Of a stretch of DNA of 64,000 nt, positions 18,796 through 29,392 are shown in pieces. A model generated the notes under the pieces. The model was not told where the DNA came from. It ran no database searches and saw only the letters and a program-made list of their open reading frames with translations. Each line of letters begins with the position of its first letter. Positions within the stretch are counted from its first letter, which is position 1. Both the position numbers and the translations under genes were made by a program. The stretch spans positions 5,376 to 69,375 of the forward strand of contig CAZSFP010000001.1 in assembly GCA_964606285.1 (NCBI GenBank), read 5' to 3'. This DNA comes from an uncultured Candidatus Saccharibacteria bacterium. GTDB taxonomy: Bacteria > Patescibacteriota > Minisyncoccia > Phycocordibacterales > UBA9973.

Positions 18796-19327
18796 GAATG
18801 ATGATTCCTTGGACGGGGACACGTTCGATTTTTGCTATGATAAGTCCAGTTCCTGTGATAAGAGATAACAATTCAGATTCGGTCCATGTATGAACGCGAT
18901 CCAAACAAAGAATCCGTGTTTTGAATAAGAGAGTTTTGAGTATATTTGTTTTCGGGGCAATTTCCAATATGAAAAGTAGGCCATTATCTTTCAAAAGAGT
19001 TTTCACTTTTTCAAGTGTTCTCTTCGGGTCGGTCATGTGATGAAGTGACAAAGAAAAGATGATGATGTCGAAACTGCCTGCTGGCAGATCAATGGTTTCA
19101 AAATCTCCAACAATGCCAATTCCAGCATATTCTTTGCTGATTTCTTTATCTATACCAGTGATGCGGACATCCGGATATGTATCCAGAATTATTTTCTCGA
19201 GGAATCCTTCGCCACAGCCAACATTGAGTATCTGTTGCGAGACAGCGATTTTACTTTCCAATTCTTTAAAAATTTTCTTCGCCCGTTCCTTTTTCTTTTT
19301 CTTGCTTGCCCAAAAAAGATAATTCAT
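18782..19327 (-). CDS. Class I SAM-dependent methyltransferase
   Basis: ILNVGCGEG, ITGID, FDIIIFSLSLHH, LKDNG; likely start MNYLFW. Confidence 0.88.
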   Translation of the reverse strand: MNYLFWASKKKKKERAKKIFKELESKIAVSQQILNVGCGEGFLEKIILDTYPDVRITGIDKEISKEYAGIGIVGDFETIDLPAGSFDIIIFSLSLHHMTDPKRTLEKVKTLLKDNGLLFILEIAPKTNILKTLLFKTRILCLDRVHTWTESELLSLITGTGLIIAKIERVPVQGIIIHAGK

Positions 19328-19547
19328 GAGATTAAAATTAATTGTGACCGGGGATGTCTTGGTCACAAAGTTACTAAGTCTGCTCGAATGATTACATCCT
19401 GTGCGGACTAAGTACTCGCGACCCCGCCTCGGCGACAAGTATTCCGTATGCTCGGAATCTTGTATACCGCCTGCGGCTTTCAAGTCTCTCCTCCGCGCTA
19501 CAAAAATATAGTCGCTCGATGTATACACATCGGACTTCTTATTTTTG

Positions 19548-19628
19548 TGCCGGAGGAGAGACTTGAACTCTCACCCCTTGCGGGACTCGATTTTGAGTCG
19601 AGCGCGGCTACCATTACGCCACTCCGGC
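19548..19628 (-). tRNA. tRNA-Leu(CAA)
   Basis: Reverse strand GCCGGAG..CTCGA-CTCAAAA-TCGAG..GAGTTCAAGTCTC-TCCTCCGGCA. Confidence 0.95.
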
Positions 19629-19704
19629 AATTGGCAACATTCTACGCGAAAATCCACACAAAATCAACAGGTTTGAAATAAGATCTGTGTGTTATCATGT
19701 CCCT

Positions 19705-20805
19705 ATGTCACAACTATATTCCAATTCAATTTTCTGGATCGAGGTCGACAAAATCCAGCCAAACCCATTTCAACCACGCCGCGAATTTGATGAACGCGCC
19801 CTTCGGGATCTCGCAGATTCTATTCGTCAGTACGGTATTCTTCAACCGCTCACCGTGTCACGTATTGAAAAAGAAACACCCGAAGGTGGACTTGTCGTTG
19901 AATACGAATTGATCGCAGGTGAACGCCGTCTTCGTGCGTCAAAACTCGCTGGACTTCGTGAGGTTCCTGTCGTCATCCGTGTCGGTGATGATAATATGGC
20001 AAAACTCGAACTTGCGATCATTGAAAACTTGCAGCGTGAAGATCTCAATGCCGTCGAACGCGCTCGTGCATTCATGCGTCTCCAAAACGAATTCGGTTTT
20101 AGTCATACTGATATCGGCAAGAAAGTCGGCAAGAGTCGCGAATATGTCTCAAACACACTTCGCATTCTCCAGTTACCCCAAGACATGCTCGATGCATTGT
20201 CTGCCGGCAAGATCACGGAAGGGCATACACGACCACTCATGATGCTTTCGAATAAACCAGAAGAACAACTCGTGCTCTTCAAAGAAATGATGATCAAGAA
20301 AATGAGTGTTCGCGAAGCAGAACGACTCGCACGTCTTTCGGCAACCGACAAAGTTCGCAAGAAAGAATTGTTGCCTGACCCCGAACTCTTTGACATGGAG
20401 AAAAAATTACAGGAATCTCTCGGTACTCGCGTGCATATCGCGCGACGCGAAACAGGCGGGCAAATCATGATCGATTTCTTTTCAAATGAAGATCTCTCGT
20501 TCTTGCTGGATATCTTGAAGAAAAGTGACAATGTGAATCCAAATGCCATGCTCGAACGATTTTCTGCACAAACACCAGCGGTGGTGTCTGTTCCAGAAAT
20601 CCAGTCTCCGGAACTTCTATCACCAGACGCGATCAATCCCCAAGAACTTCCTGTCATGCAACCAGAAGAATTGTCGAGTACTGTGGTAGAAGATGTTGAA
20701 AAAGAATTGTCCGACCAATCACCGATCGATGACCGAAGTAAAGAAGAGATAGTAGAGTCAGATACTGAAGCAGATCTCTATAACATAAAAAATTTCTCAC
20801 TGTAA
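19705..20805 (+). CDS. parB: ParB/Spo0J partition protein with acidic C-terminal tail
   Basis: PNPFQPRREF, YGILQPL, YELIAGERRLRA, IENLQREDL, HTH GKSREYVSN. Confidence 0.95.
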   Translation: MSQLYSNSIFWIEVDKIQPNPFQPRREFDERALRDLADSIRQYGILQPLTVSRIEKETPEGGLVVEYELIAGERRLRASKLAGLREVPVVIRVGDDNMAKLELAIIENLQREDLNAVERARAFMRLQNEFGFSHTDIGKKVGKSREYVSNTLRILQLPQDMLDALSAGKITEGHTRPLMMLSNKPEEQLVLFKEMMIKKMSVREAERLARLSATDKVRKKELLPDPELFDMEKKLQESLGTRVHIARRETGGQIMIDFFSNEDLSFLLDILKKSDNVNPNAMLERFSAQTPAVVSVPEIQSPELLSPDAINPQELPVMQPEELSSTVVEDVEKELSDQSPIDDRSKEEIVESDTEADLYNIKNFSL

Positions 20806-20845
20806 GTAAATAAAATAAAAACATCCCGCAACTTGGGGGATGTTT

Positions 20846-21286
20846 TTATTTTGTGTCAGTATCTTCCGATATTTCTTCCACATCCTCTTGAATCTCATCG
20901 ATATCTTTTTGGATTTCATCAACATCTTCAGAGATTTCCTCGACATCTTCCGATATTTCTTCCACATCCTCTTGAATCTCATCGATATCCTCCTGAATTT
21001 CATCGATGTCATCAGAAATTTCCTCAACTTCTTTTGATACAGCATGGAGGCGATGCGTATTTCTGTTGACCGACATTTGAATAAAGATCGACAAATAGAT
21101 TGCCTCGAGAGAGACGATGGTGGTCAATACGAGAAGGACGGTGTTTGCATCTATTCCGATCAAAATAAGGATAAATGTTCCAACAAAAAGCATCGTATGA
21201 ATCACGAGAGATGCCGGCGAACCGATCCATTTCGTTGCACGGATGGCGAGCTGTTCTATTTTTTCCATGTCTTTGTTTGGATGCAT
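20846..21286 (-). CDS. DUF1003-like membrane protein with acidic heptad tail
   Basis: WIGS..LTTIVSLEAIYLSIFIQMSVNR followed by 8 heptads of the (V/I)(E/D)EI(S/Q)ED type. Confidence 0.8.
   Translation of the reverse strand: MHPNKDMEKIEQLAIRATKWIGSPASLVIHTMLFVGTFILILIGIDANTVLLVLTTIVSLEAIYLSIFIQMSVNRNTHRLHAVSKEVEEISDDIDEIQEDIDEIQEDVEEISEDVEEISEDVDEIQKDIDEIQEDVEEISEDTDTK
20861..21028. repeat. Coding tandem repeat, 8 x 21 bp
   Basis: Units such as ATCTTCCGATATTTCTTCCAC and ATCCTCTTGAATCTCATCGAT; units 1-2 recur exactly 84 bp later. Confidence 0.9.
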
Positions 21287-21315
21287 CGTAGGTGTCTCTA
21301 TGGTACTATGAATAC

Positions 21316-21894
21316 ATGGAAACACAAAATATTTCAACGCAAAAAAAGACCTCCCGTGTCTTGTACTGGTCGCTTGTCGGCGGATTTATTATCGTTCTCA
21401 ATTTGTTTTTCAATTACACGGCGTCATTGTTTTTTGATCAGCCAGTATTTGAAAGTTATTGTCCGATGGCATTGACAAATACCTCGTATACATCAAAAGA
21501 CCAATGTCTTGCTGTCGGTGGATCATGGACAGAAAATACAACACCGTATGTACCACAAGAAAAACCTTCTCGTCCACTCGATCTATCACAATCCATCACC
21601 GGCTGGTGCAACCCGACGTATACGTGTCAAAAAGGATTTGATCTCGGTCAGCAAGTCTACAATCGAAATATCTTTATCGTACTTGTCGTCTTTGGTATCC
21701 TTTCAATCGTTCTTGGATTTGTATTTGCTACAATTTCCGCAGTTTCTCTCGGGCTCTCTCTTGGTGGAGTACTTTCACTTGTTATAGGTTCAATCCGCTA
21801 TTGGAGTGATATGAATGATGTCGTCCGTGTGCTTGTCCTCGCATTCGCACTTGTGGTCCTTGTGTGGCTTGCGGTGAAAAAAATCCGGGAATAG
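21316..21894 (+). CDS. Membrane protein with Cys-containing extracellular loop
   Basis: N-terminal TM, CLAVGGSW loop, several C-terminal TMs. Confidence 0.8.
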   Translation: METQNISTQKKTSRVLYWSLVGGFIIVLNLFFNYTASLFFDQPVFESYCPMALTNTSYTSKDQCLAVGGSWTENTTPYVPQEKPSRPLDLSQSITGWCNPTYTCQKGFDLGQQVYNRNIFIVLVVFGILSIVLGFVFATISAVSLGLSLGGVLSLVIGSIRYWSDMNDVVRVLVLAFALVVLVWLAVKKIRE

Positions 21895-21910
21895 TGTAGA
21901 CTAAAAGACT

Positions 21911-24391
21911 ATGAATTACGATCACAAGGATATAGAGAAAAAGTGGCAGGAAAAATGGGAAAATGACGGACTTCACAAAGTTTCGGACAATGTCCCTGGC
22001 AAGGAAAATTTCTATACCCTTGTCGAATTTACCTATCCGTCCGGTAATCTTCACGTCGGACACTGGTACGCATTTGCCGTACCGGATATTTTTGCCCGGT
22101 ATAAAAAGATGCAAGGATTCAATGTTCTCTATCCGATGGGATTTGATGCATTCGGACTCCCGGCAGAAAATGCGGCGATAAAGCTCGGCGCTGACCCGAA
22201 AGTCTGGACCTATGAGCAGATGGATCGTATGCGCGGACAATTTCGTACCATGGGTGCGATATTTCCATGGGACCGGGAAGTCGTCTCCTGTGATCCTGCG
22301 TACTATAAATGGACGCAATGGATGTTCAATCAATTTTTGAAAAATGATTTGGTCTATCGTGCTGCGACCATGGTGAACTGGTGTCCGAAAGATCAGACTA
22401 TCCTTGCCAACGAGCAAGTCATCGACGGCAAGTGTGATCGCTGTGGATCTGAAGTTGAACAAAAAAAACAGGAGCAATGGATGCTCCGCATTACTAAATA
22501 TGCGGACCGTTTGATCGATGATCTCGACAAGCTCGACTGGCCGAACGCAATCAAAGAATCACAAAAGAATTGGATCGGTAGAAGTGAGGGAAGTGAAATA
22601 GAATTTCAAATAAAAGATTCTCAAGAAAAAATAAAAGTATTTACAACGCGAGCTGACACATTGTTCGGTGTGACGTATGTTGTTCTTGCGCCGGAACACA
22701 ATCTTATTCAAGATTTAAAAGAAAAAATAGAAAATTGGGAAGAAGTTACTGTATATATAGAAACAACAAAAAAGAAATCAGAACTTGATCGTCAGCAATC
22801 AAAAGAAAAAACGGGTATCGAACTCAAAGGCGTGAAAGCTGTTAATCCTGCAAATGGCGAAGTTGTACCAGTATGGATTGCTGACTATGTCCTTGCTGGA
22901 TATGGTACTGGCGCGGTTATGGCTGTGCCTGCACATGACGAGCGCGATTTTGAATTTGCACAGAAATATGATTTGCCGATAAAAAAAGTTATTTATTTGA
23001 ATATAAAAGATAAAGATTTACAAAGACCATTTTTTAGTTCTTTTAAACTAGGAAATGTTCCTCTTGAATTGAAATACGAATGTTGGCCCGGAGAAGGAGT
23101 TCTTATGAATTCTGGAAAATTTGATGATCTTTCTTCAGAAGAAGCTCGAAAGAAGATCACCCAAGCAGTTGGAGGAAAATTGGTCAGTACATATCGATTG
23201 CGTGACTGGGGAATTTCTCGGCAACGATACTGGGGAACACCGATTCCGATCGTCTATGATAGAGACGGGAAAGCACATCCTGTGCCGGATGAACATCTGC
23301 CATGGATGTTACCAACTGACGTTGATCATACACCGGACGGCACAGCACCACTTGCACGATCAAAAGAACTACTCGAACGAACAGAAAAAATATTTGGCGC
23401 AGGATGGCGTCCTGAAGTCGAAACGATGGATACGTTTGTTGATTCTTCGTGGTATTTTTATCGTTATCTCGACAATAAAAATGACAATGTTTTTGCGGAT
23501 GTAGAAAAGATGAAATCATGGATGCCAGTTGATCTCTATATGGGTGGGGCAGAACACACGACGATGCACTTGCTGTATTCACGATTCTGGGTAAAAGCGC
23601 TCCATGATCTCGGATTTGTCACAGATGATGAATCATATAAAATTCGTCGAAATCGTGGCCTTATTCTCGGTCCGGATGGCAATAAAATGTCCAAATCAAA
23701 AGGGAATGTGATCAATCCGGATGAGATCGTCGACCGTCTCGGCGCTGATACTGTCCGTCTCTATCTTTGTTTTATGGGGCCGTATGGCATAACCGTAAAC
23801 TATCCATGGGATCCGAACGGTGTTGTCGGTGTTCGACGATTTTTGGAGCGGGTATGGAAACTTGCAAACAAAATTAAAAATGAAAATATAAAAAGTAAAA
23901 ATGAAGACTCAAAATTACTTCACAAAACTATAAAAGGTATTACTGAAGATATTGAAGAATTCAAATTCAATACATCTATTTCAAAAATGATGATTCTCAT
24001 GAATGAATGGGAATCCTCCTTCACCAATGCTTCGCAGGACAAGAATTCAGAAACTGTTTCTGTTGCTGATTTCAAGATTTTCCTCCGGCTTCTTGCACCG
24101 TTTGCGCCGCATATTACTGACGAAATCTGGTCTCAACTTGGAGAAAAAGAATCGATCCATCTTTCGGGCTGGCCAAAATATGATCCGACACTGCTTGTCG
24201 ATGATGAATTGAAAATTGCGATTCAAGTGAACGGCAAACTTCGGGGTGATTTCACTGTGTCCGCAGATGCAACTGAAGATGACATAAAAACCATGGCGCA
24301 AAATCATGAAAAAGTAATTCCATGGATTGATGGCAAAGAGATTAAAAAAGTGATTTATGTAAAAGGTAAATTGGTCAGTATCGTTATCTAG
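21911..24391 (+). CDS. leuS: Leucine--tRNA ligase
   Basis: YPSGNLHVGH, GTGAVMAVPAHDERD, SRQRYWGTPIP, KMSKS. Confidence 0.99.
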   Translation: MNYDHKDIEKKWQEKWENDGLHKVSDNVPGKENFYTLVEFTYPSGNLHVGHWYAFAVPDIFARYKKMQGFNVLYPMGFDAFGLPAENAAIKLGADPKVWTYEQMDRMRGQFRTMGAIFPWDREVVSCDPAYYKWTQWMFNQFLKNDLVYRAATMVNWCPKDQTILANEQVIDGKCDRCGSEVEQKKQEQWMLRITKYADRLIDDLDKLDWPNAIKESQKNWIGRSEGSEIEFQIKDSQEKIKVFTTRADTLFGVTYVVLAPEHNLIQDLKEKIENWEEVTVYIETTKKKSELDRQQSKEKTGIELKGVKAVNPANGEVVPVWIADYVLAGYGTGAVMAVPAHDERDFEFAQKYDLPIKKVIYLNIKDKDLQRPFFSSFKLGNVPLELKYECWPGEGVLMNSGKFDDLSSEEARKKITQAVGGKLVSTYRLRDWGISRQRYWGTPIPIVYDRDGKAHPVPDEHLPWMLPTDVDHTPDGTAPLARSKELLERTEKIFGAGWRPEVETMDTFVDSSWYFYRYLDNKNDNVFADVEKMKSWMPVDLYMGGAEHTTMHLLYSRFWVKALHDLGFVTDDESYKIRRNRGLILGPDGNKMSKSKGNVINPDEIVDRLGADTVRLYLCFMGPYGITVNYPWDPNGVVGVRRFLERVWKLANKIKNENIKSKNEDSKLLHKTIKGITEDIEEFKFNTSISKMMILMNEWESSFTNASQDKNSETVSVADFKIFLRLLAPFAPHITDEIWSQLGEKESIHLSGWPKYDPTLLVDDELKIAIQVNGKLRGDFTVSADATEDDIKTMAQNHEKVIPWIDGKEIKKVIYVKGKLVSIVI

Positions 24392-24472
24392 TTGTTCACA
24401 AGGAATGAGTTGGTTTCACTATAAAATATCTGTATAATCGATTGTATACTATAAAAATTCACCCAATCCATT

Positions 24473-26818
24473 ATGACACCTGCTTTATTTACAAACCCCC
24501 GTTCCTCTCTGTTTTCTCGAATATCGTTCGGCGTTCTCCTTACTGTTATCAGCCTCTTGCCGATATTCTTTGTACCATTTGTTGCAACATCTCTTTTCTC
24601 CGCAAAAGGACTTTTGCTCGGTCTCGGTGTCACATTTTCTATTATCTTTCTTCTTCTCGCGTTCCTCTTTGAAGGATCAATTACGCTTCCGAAACATACC
24701 ATTCTCTATGCATCACTTGCTGTTATCGGATCTTTTTTGATTTCAGCTTTTTTCTCTCCATCCGGTGATACAAGTTTTTGGGGTGCGACATTTTCTCCGT
24801 ATACATTCTTTGGGACACTTGCATTGTTTGCAATGTTTTGGCTTCTCGTGTTTTATGTCAGATCAGCAAAGCGGGCATTGTATGTGATTGGTGGCCTCTC
24901 CGTATCTTTTTTACTAATCGCATTTTTGCAGATCATCGGTTTATTTGTTTCGTTTTCCGCGCTTGCACCGGGATTTTTTGCAAGCTTCAACGGGCAGACA
25001 TTTATCGGATCACTCACAGATCTCGGATTTTTTGCGACAATGATCAGTCTCTTTGCACTTCTTGCATTTGAAATCCTTTCTGTTTCGAGAAAAATAAAAA
25101 TCTTTCTTGCAAGTACTATCATTGTTGGATTGTTCCTCGTTGCACTTCTGAATAATTTTACAGTATGGATTATCTTTGGTGCGGGTGCATTGCTCGTATT
25201 CGTCTATGGTGTTTCAACATTTACGTATACCAGCGAAACAAAATCTTCGAAAATATTCCCGACATTTTCTTTTGTGCTCGTTCTCGTATCCCTTCTCTGT
25301 ATTCTCGCCAATAGCACTGTCGGATCACTCCTCCCACGAATGTTCAATATTGTAAATACTGATATTCGTCCTTCTATTTCTGCATCGGCAACAGTTTTTT
25401 CTCAGATGGTTATGCACCGACCAGTAACTGGTCAAGGTCTCGAACGCTTTGAAGATGCATGGTCACTCTACAGACCGGCCGCTGTTACTGCAACGCCGTA
25501 TTGGGATGCGCGATTTCCACATGCATTCGGTATTTTGCCGACACTGTTTGTGACATCAGGAATACTTGGAACACTGGCATTACTCTTTTTCTTGATTAGT
25601 TTCATCTGGTTTGGATGGAAGAATTTGTTTGTTCGAACCGCTGACAAGATTACGCAATACTTGTTGTTCGCGTCTTTTTCTGGAGCAGTTATTTCATGGG
25701 TAGTTGTCACTATTGCGACACCGGGATTTGTTGTATACGCATTCGCTTTTGTTTTCTCTGGTGTGTTCCTCGGGTTGATCTATCGCGACAAACAAAATCT
25801 TTGGACGACATATGGATTCATCAATGATCCACGGACAAGTTTCTTTTCCATTCTCGGTATCATGTTTATTTTTGCGGCAGTGTTGTTTGGAGGTCTGACA
25901 TTTACACGTCAATATATCGCTGAAGCGCACATCACAAAAAGTATTGCATATGCTCAAAACACACCAGATCTCGCTCGTGCTGAACGTGCCGCACGATTGG
26001 CGGTCAGATGGTTTGATACCAGTCTTGCACACAAATCTCTTGCACGGGTATCACTTCTCGAACTCGGCGCACTTGCACAAAATGAATCTATATCTGCAGA
26101 TGCACTCAAGCCCGAACTTCAAAAACTCGTATCACTTGCCGAAGGTGAAGCACTTGCAGCTGTGTCTCTCGACAAGAAAAATGCTGATAACTGGATATTC
26201 CTCGGTTCAGTCTATGATGTACTCCAAGGATTTGGTGTATCAGGTGCATATGAGAGTGGCAAGAGTGCCTATACGCAGGCAATGGTCTATGCCCCCAAAA
26301 ATCCTGGTATTTATCTCAATCTCGCAACATTGTCGCTCGGCAAAAAATCCTATCAAGAAGCCCGTGAATATGCCAATCAAGCTCTCGCGATGAAACCAAA
26401 TATGGCGGAAGCATATTTTGTTCTTTCTCAGATTGATGTAGCGTCTGGTAACCTTGATCGCGCCCTTGAAAACGCCGAGAAAGCATCGTCAGTAGCACCA
26501 AATGACGCAAGTGCATTCTTCCAGTTGGGAACACTTGCATACAATAATAAAAGTTATCAGAAGGCCATTGCTGCATTTGAACGTTCCGTCATTCTCAATC
26601 CATATATGCTCAATGCACGTTATTTCCTCGGACTTTCGTACGCACAGGTTGGTCGCACTGATGATGCGATTGCGCAATTTGAATATTTGAAAAATCAGCT
26701 TCCAAACAATACACAAATTGCTTCAATCCTGACAAATCTCAAGGCTGGTGTTCCTGCATTTGGCAGCCCTGTCGTTGTTCCTGAAGAAAAAGATAAGGCC
26801 CCAGAAAAGAAAAAATAA
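24473..26818 (+). CDS. Multi-pass membrane protein (O-antigen-ligase-like) with C-terminal TPR repeats
   Basis: About 12 TM segments, P.TG.G..F..HA motif, then tandem TPRs. Confidence 0.8.
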   Translation: MTPALFTNPRSSLFSRISFGVLLTVISLLPIFFVPFVATSLFSAKGLLLGLGVTFSIIFLLLAFLFEGSITLPKHTILYASLAVIGSFLISAFFSPSGDTSFWGATFSPYTFFGTLALFAMFWLLVFYVRSAKRALYVIGGLSVSFLLIAFLQIIGLFVSFSALAPGFFASFNGQTFIGSLTDLGFFATMISLFALLAFEILSVSRKIKIFLASTIIVGLFLVALLNNFTVWIIFGAGALLVFVYGVSTFTYTSETKSSKIFPTFSFVLVLVSLLCILANSTVGSLLPRMFNIVNTDIRPSISASATVFSQMVMHRPVTGQGLERFEDAWSLYRPAAVTATPYWDARFPHAFGILPTLFVTSGILGTLALLFFLISFIWFGWKNLFVRTADKITQYLLFASFSGAVISWVVVTIATPGFVVYAFAFVFSGVFLGLIYRDKQNLWTTYGFINDPRTSFFSILGIMFIFAAVLFGGLTFTRQYIAEAHITKSIAYAQNTPDLARAERAARLAVRWFDTSLAHKSLARVSLLELGALAQNESISADALKPELQKLVSLAEGEALAAVSLDKKNADNWIFLGSVYDVLQGFGVSGAYESGKSAYTQAMVYAPKNPGIYLNLATLSLGKKSYQEAREYANQALAMKPNMAEAYFVLSQIDVASGNLDRALENAEKASSVAPNDASAFFQLGTLAYNNKSYQKAIAAFERSVILNPYMLNARYFLGLSYAQVGRTDDAIAQFEYLKNQLPNNTQIASILTNLKAGVPAFGSPVVVPEEKDKAPEKKK

Positions 26819-26827
26819 TAGCACTGT

Positions 26828-28516
26828 ATGATTCGCCGTCTGTTCCGAGATTTATTGTCCCGACACACCGACACGCTCAACCAAGCGGCGCTTATTCTCG
26901 CACTTGCAGCCGTAGGATCACAAATCATGGGATTTGTCCGTGACCGGCTTTTGGCCAGTATTGTCGGACCCAATGGTACTCTCGATGTCTATTATACGGC
27001 GTTTCGTATTCCGGATATTTTGTTTGTATCGATTGCGTCACTTGTCTCTGTTGTGGTGCTTGTACCATTTCTAACACATCTGAAAAAAGACAGTGAAGAT
27101 GCCGTGACTGCGACAAACAAGTTTTTGAGTGAAGTATTTTCATTGTTTGTGTATATATTGTGTGGCACCATTATTCTTGTATTCTTTTTGATGCCAAAAC
27201 TTGTACCGTTCGTTGCACCCGGTTTTCCGGCTGACATGCAAGGAGATATTGTCATCATGTCACGGTTGTTGCTCTTGTCGCCCCTTCTTCTCGGATTATC
27301 AAATATTTTTGGCGCGGTTTCCCAATTGCACAAACGATTTATTGTTTTTTCTTTGGGACCAATATTTTACAACGCAGGTATTATTTTTGGTTTACTCGTA
27401 TTTTATCCGATGTTCGGCATCTATGGTGTTGTTGGTGGTGTTTTGATCGGTGCAGGAACACATGCGATTATCCAATACCTCTCTGTGAGAAATATCGGAT
27501 TTTTTCCAGGATTTACATTTCGATTTGATTGGCCGCGAATGCGTCAGATCGTTGCGGTATCGCTTCCGAGAACGTTGGGTCTTGCGTTGTCGAACATCAC
27601 CATAACAGTACTGTTATCATTTGCCACATTGTGGGACGAGGGAGCCGTATCGCTCTTTTCTTTTGCAAATATCATACAGTCAGTCCCGCTTTCCATCATC
27701 GGATTGTCATATTCTGTTGCCGCGTTTCCGACACTCGCATTGATGATTCAGGAAAATAAAAAAGACGAGTTCATTGCACACGTGCTTCATGCGGCTCGGC
27801 AGATCATCTTTTGGTCGTTGCCGGTTACAGCATTGTTTTTTGTTCTTCGGGCACATATCGTTCGTGTCGTGTTCGGATCATCACAGCTTTCCTGGGATCA
27901 GACAAAAGTTATTGCTGCTGCACTTGCGTTCTTTGTCATATCAGCAGTGGCACAAAGCCTCATACTGTTGTTTGTTAGGGCACTCTATGCGGCTGGAAAA
28001 ACATGGCGACCACTTGTCGGTGGTATTGTCAGTTTTATCTTTACTATATCTATCGCATGGTTTTTGATGCAGCATATTCATACTCCTTTCATTGCAGATA
28101 TTTTTGCAGTTTTTATACGGTCAACCTCTGCAGATATTCATATTTTGGCATTGCCGATAGCGTTCAGTATCGGAGCATTTATAAACATTATTATTCTTAT
28201 TGGTTTTTGTCACCGGTTGTTTCCGAAAACAGACATCATACCATCTCTGTTTTGGTCATTTGTTGAACATAGTATTGCCGCGTTTGTTGCAGGTGCCGGT
28301 GCATATATCACGCTTGTCTTTTTTGGATCAATAAAATCATTGTCCACATTTTGGATGGTACTTTTGCAGGGTCTTGTTGCAGGACTTGTCGGTATCTTTT
28401 GTTGGATTTTAGTTCTCTATCTCATGAGAAACAAAGAATTTACTGCGTTTTTCAAAGCCGTGCACACAAAATTCTGGACCAAAGTTGTGGCTGTTCCAGA
28501 ACAATCAAATCTATAA
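26828..28516 (+). CDS. murJ: Lipid II flippase MurJ
   Basis: GFVRDRLLA, AFRIPD, YSVAAFPTL, RALYA; many TMs. Confidence 0.93.
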   Translation: MIRRLFRDLLSRHTDTLNQAALILALAAVGSQIMGFVRDRLLASIVGPNGTLDVYYTAFRIPDILFVSIASLVSVVVLVPFLTHLKKDSEDAVTATNKFLSEVFSLFVYILCGTIILVFFLMPKLVPFVAPGFPADMQGDIVIMSRLLLLSPLLLGLSNIFGAVSQLHKRFIVFSLGPIFYNAGIIFGLLVFYPMFGIYGVVGGVLIGAGTHAIIQYLSVRNIGFFPGFTFRFDWPRMRQIVAVSLPRTLGLALSNITITVLLSFATLWDEGAVSLFSFANIIQSVPLSIIGLSYSVAAFPTLALMIQENKKDEFIAHVLHAARQIIFWSLPVTALFFVLRAHIVRVVFGSSQLSWDQTKVIAAALAFFVISAVAQSLILLFVRALYAAGKTWRPLVGGIVSFIFTISIAWFLMQHIHTPFIADIFAVFIRSTSADIHILALPIAFSIGAFINIIILIGFCHRLFPKTDIIPSLFWSFVEHSIAAFVAGAGAYITLVFFGSIKSLSTFWMVLLQGLVAGLVGIFCWILVLYLMRNKEFTAFFKAVHTKFWTKVVAVPEQSNL

Positions 28517-28599
28517 TTTTTTCAAATTTCAATATAGTTGACAAATTAGTATACAAGTAGTAGTATATCAAAAATATTGTTTAACAAAATTTGAAAAAA

Positions 28600-29277
28600 A
28601 TGAAAAACCAGGATTTACCTCTTTTAAGAACGCATGTAGCAAACATTGCGTTGAACAAGAATATTGCTTTACTTTTCCTATTATCTGATGCTCAGGAAAC
28701 ACATGGTCTTACCGAGTATTCCAACGAAAGCTACATCAATGATAAATTGCTTGTAGCAGTATGGATGATTGAAAACTTTACAAGATTTAATGAAAAATCT
28801 CAAAAACCTTGGGTTGAATTACCTGAATGGGAAGTTCCTAATAGTTCCGCGGATGGTGTAAAAAACATGACAGAATTTGATGGAATTATTGAAAAAATCA
28901 AACAAGAAGCCCAAGATCTTGAAAATATCTGGGACCCAAAAAATGTAAAAGCTGTTACATTTTTGGAAAAAATTGTCGCCCAGGCACGTGAATGTATTTG
29001 GTATACTAATCAACGTTTGACCGCCATTCAGGTACTTTCTAAAGCTGGACCAATGGGTGAAGATGATCCTGAAGCTATTATGAGTGCTGGTCCAAAACTG
29101 GCGGCAAAATTATTAGCAAATCCAATGATGATGTTGGTAGGGTATTTGGCAGTGAAGAATGAATTTAGCGGTAAGCGTATTCTGGCTTCTAGATTGCTTG
29201 GAATTATCTTAGAGTTTCTCGTGAATAAAGCCGTAGAGGAAGGATATGCTAAACCAATTGTAGAATTAGCTAAATAA
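28600..29277 (+). CDS. Hypothetical protein
   Basis: ORF with TTGACA promoter and terminator; no motif recognised. Confidence 0.75.
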   Translation: MKNQDLPLLRTHVANIALNKNIALLFLLSDAQETHGLTEYSNESYINDKLLVAVWMIENFTRFNEKSQKPWVELPEWEVPNSSADGVKNMTEFDGIIEKIKQEAQDLENIWDPKNVKAVTFLEKIVAQARECIWYTNQRLTAIQVLSKAGPMGEDDPEAIMSAGPKLAAKLLANPMMMLVGYLAVKNEFSGKRILASRLLGIILEFLVNKAVEEGYAKPIVELAK

Positions 29278-29392
29278 ATAACAAAAGAATAATAAATAAA
29301 AAAGTCTTACAGTATGTGAGACTTTTTTTATTTTCCCAAAAATATTTTGGTTATATTTTAAGATACCAAATTTTATGCTAGTATGAAGCCGT

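Noticed and set aside
20861-21028. Possible CRISPR array
   Set aside because: Contiguous 21-bp coding repeats with no unique spacers and no cas genes; no CRISPR array was seen in the window.
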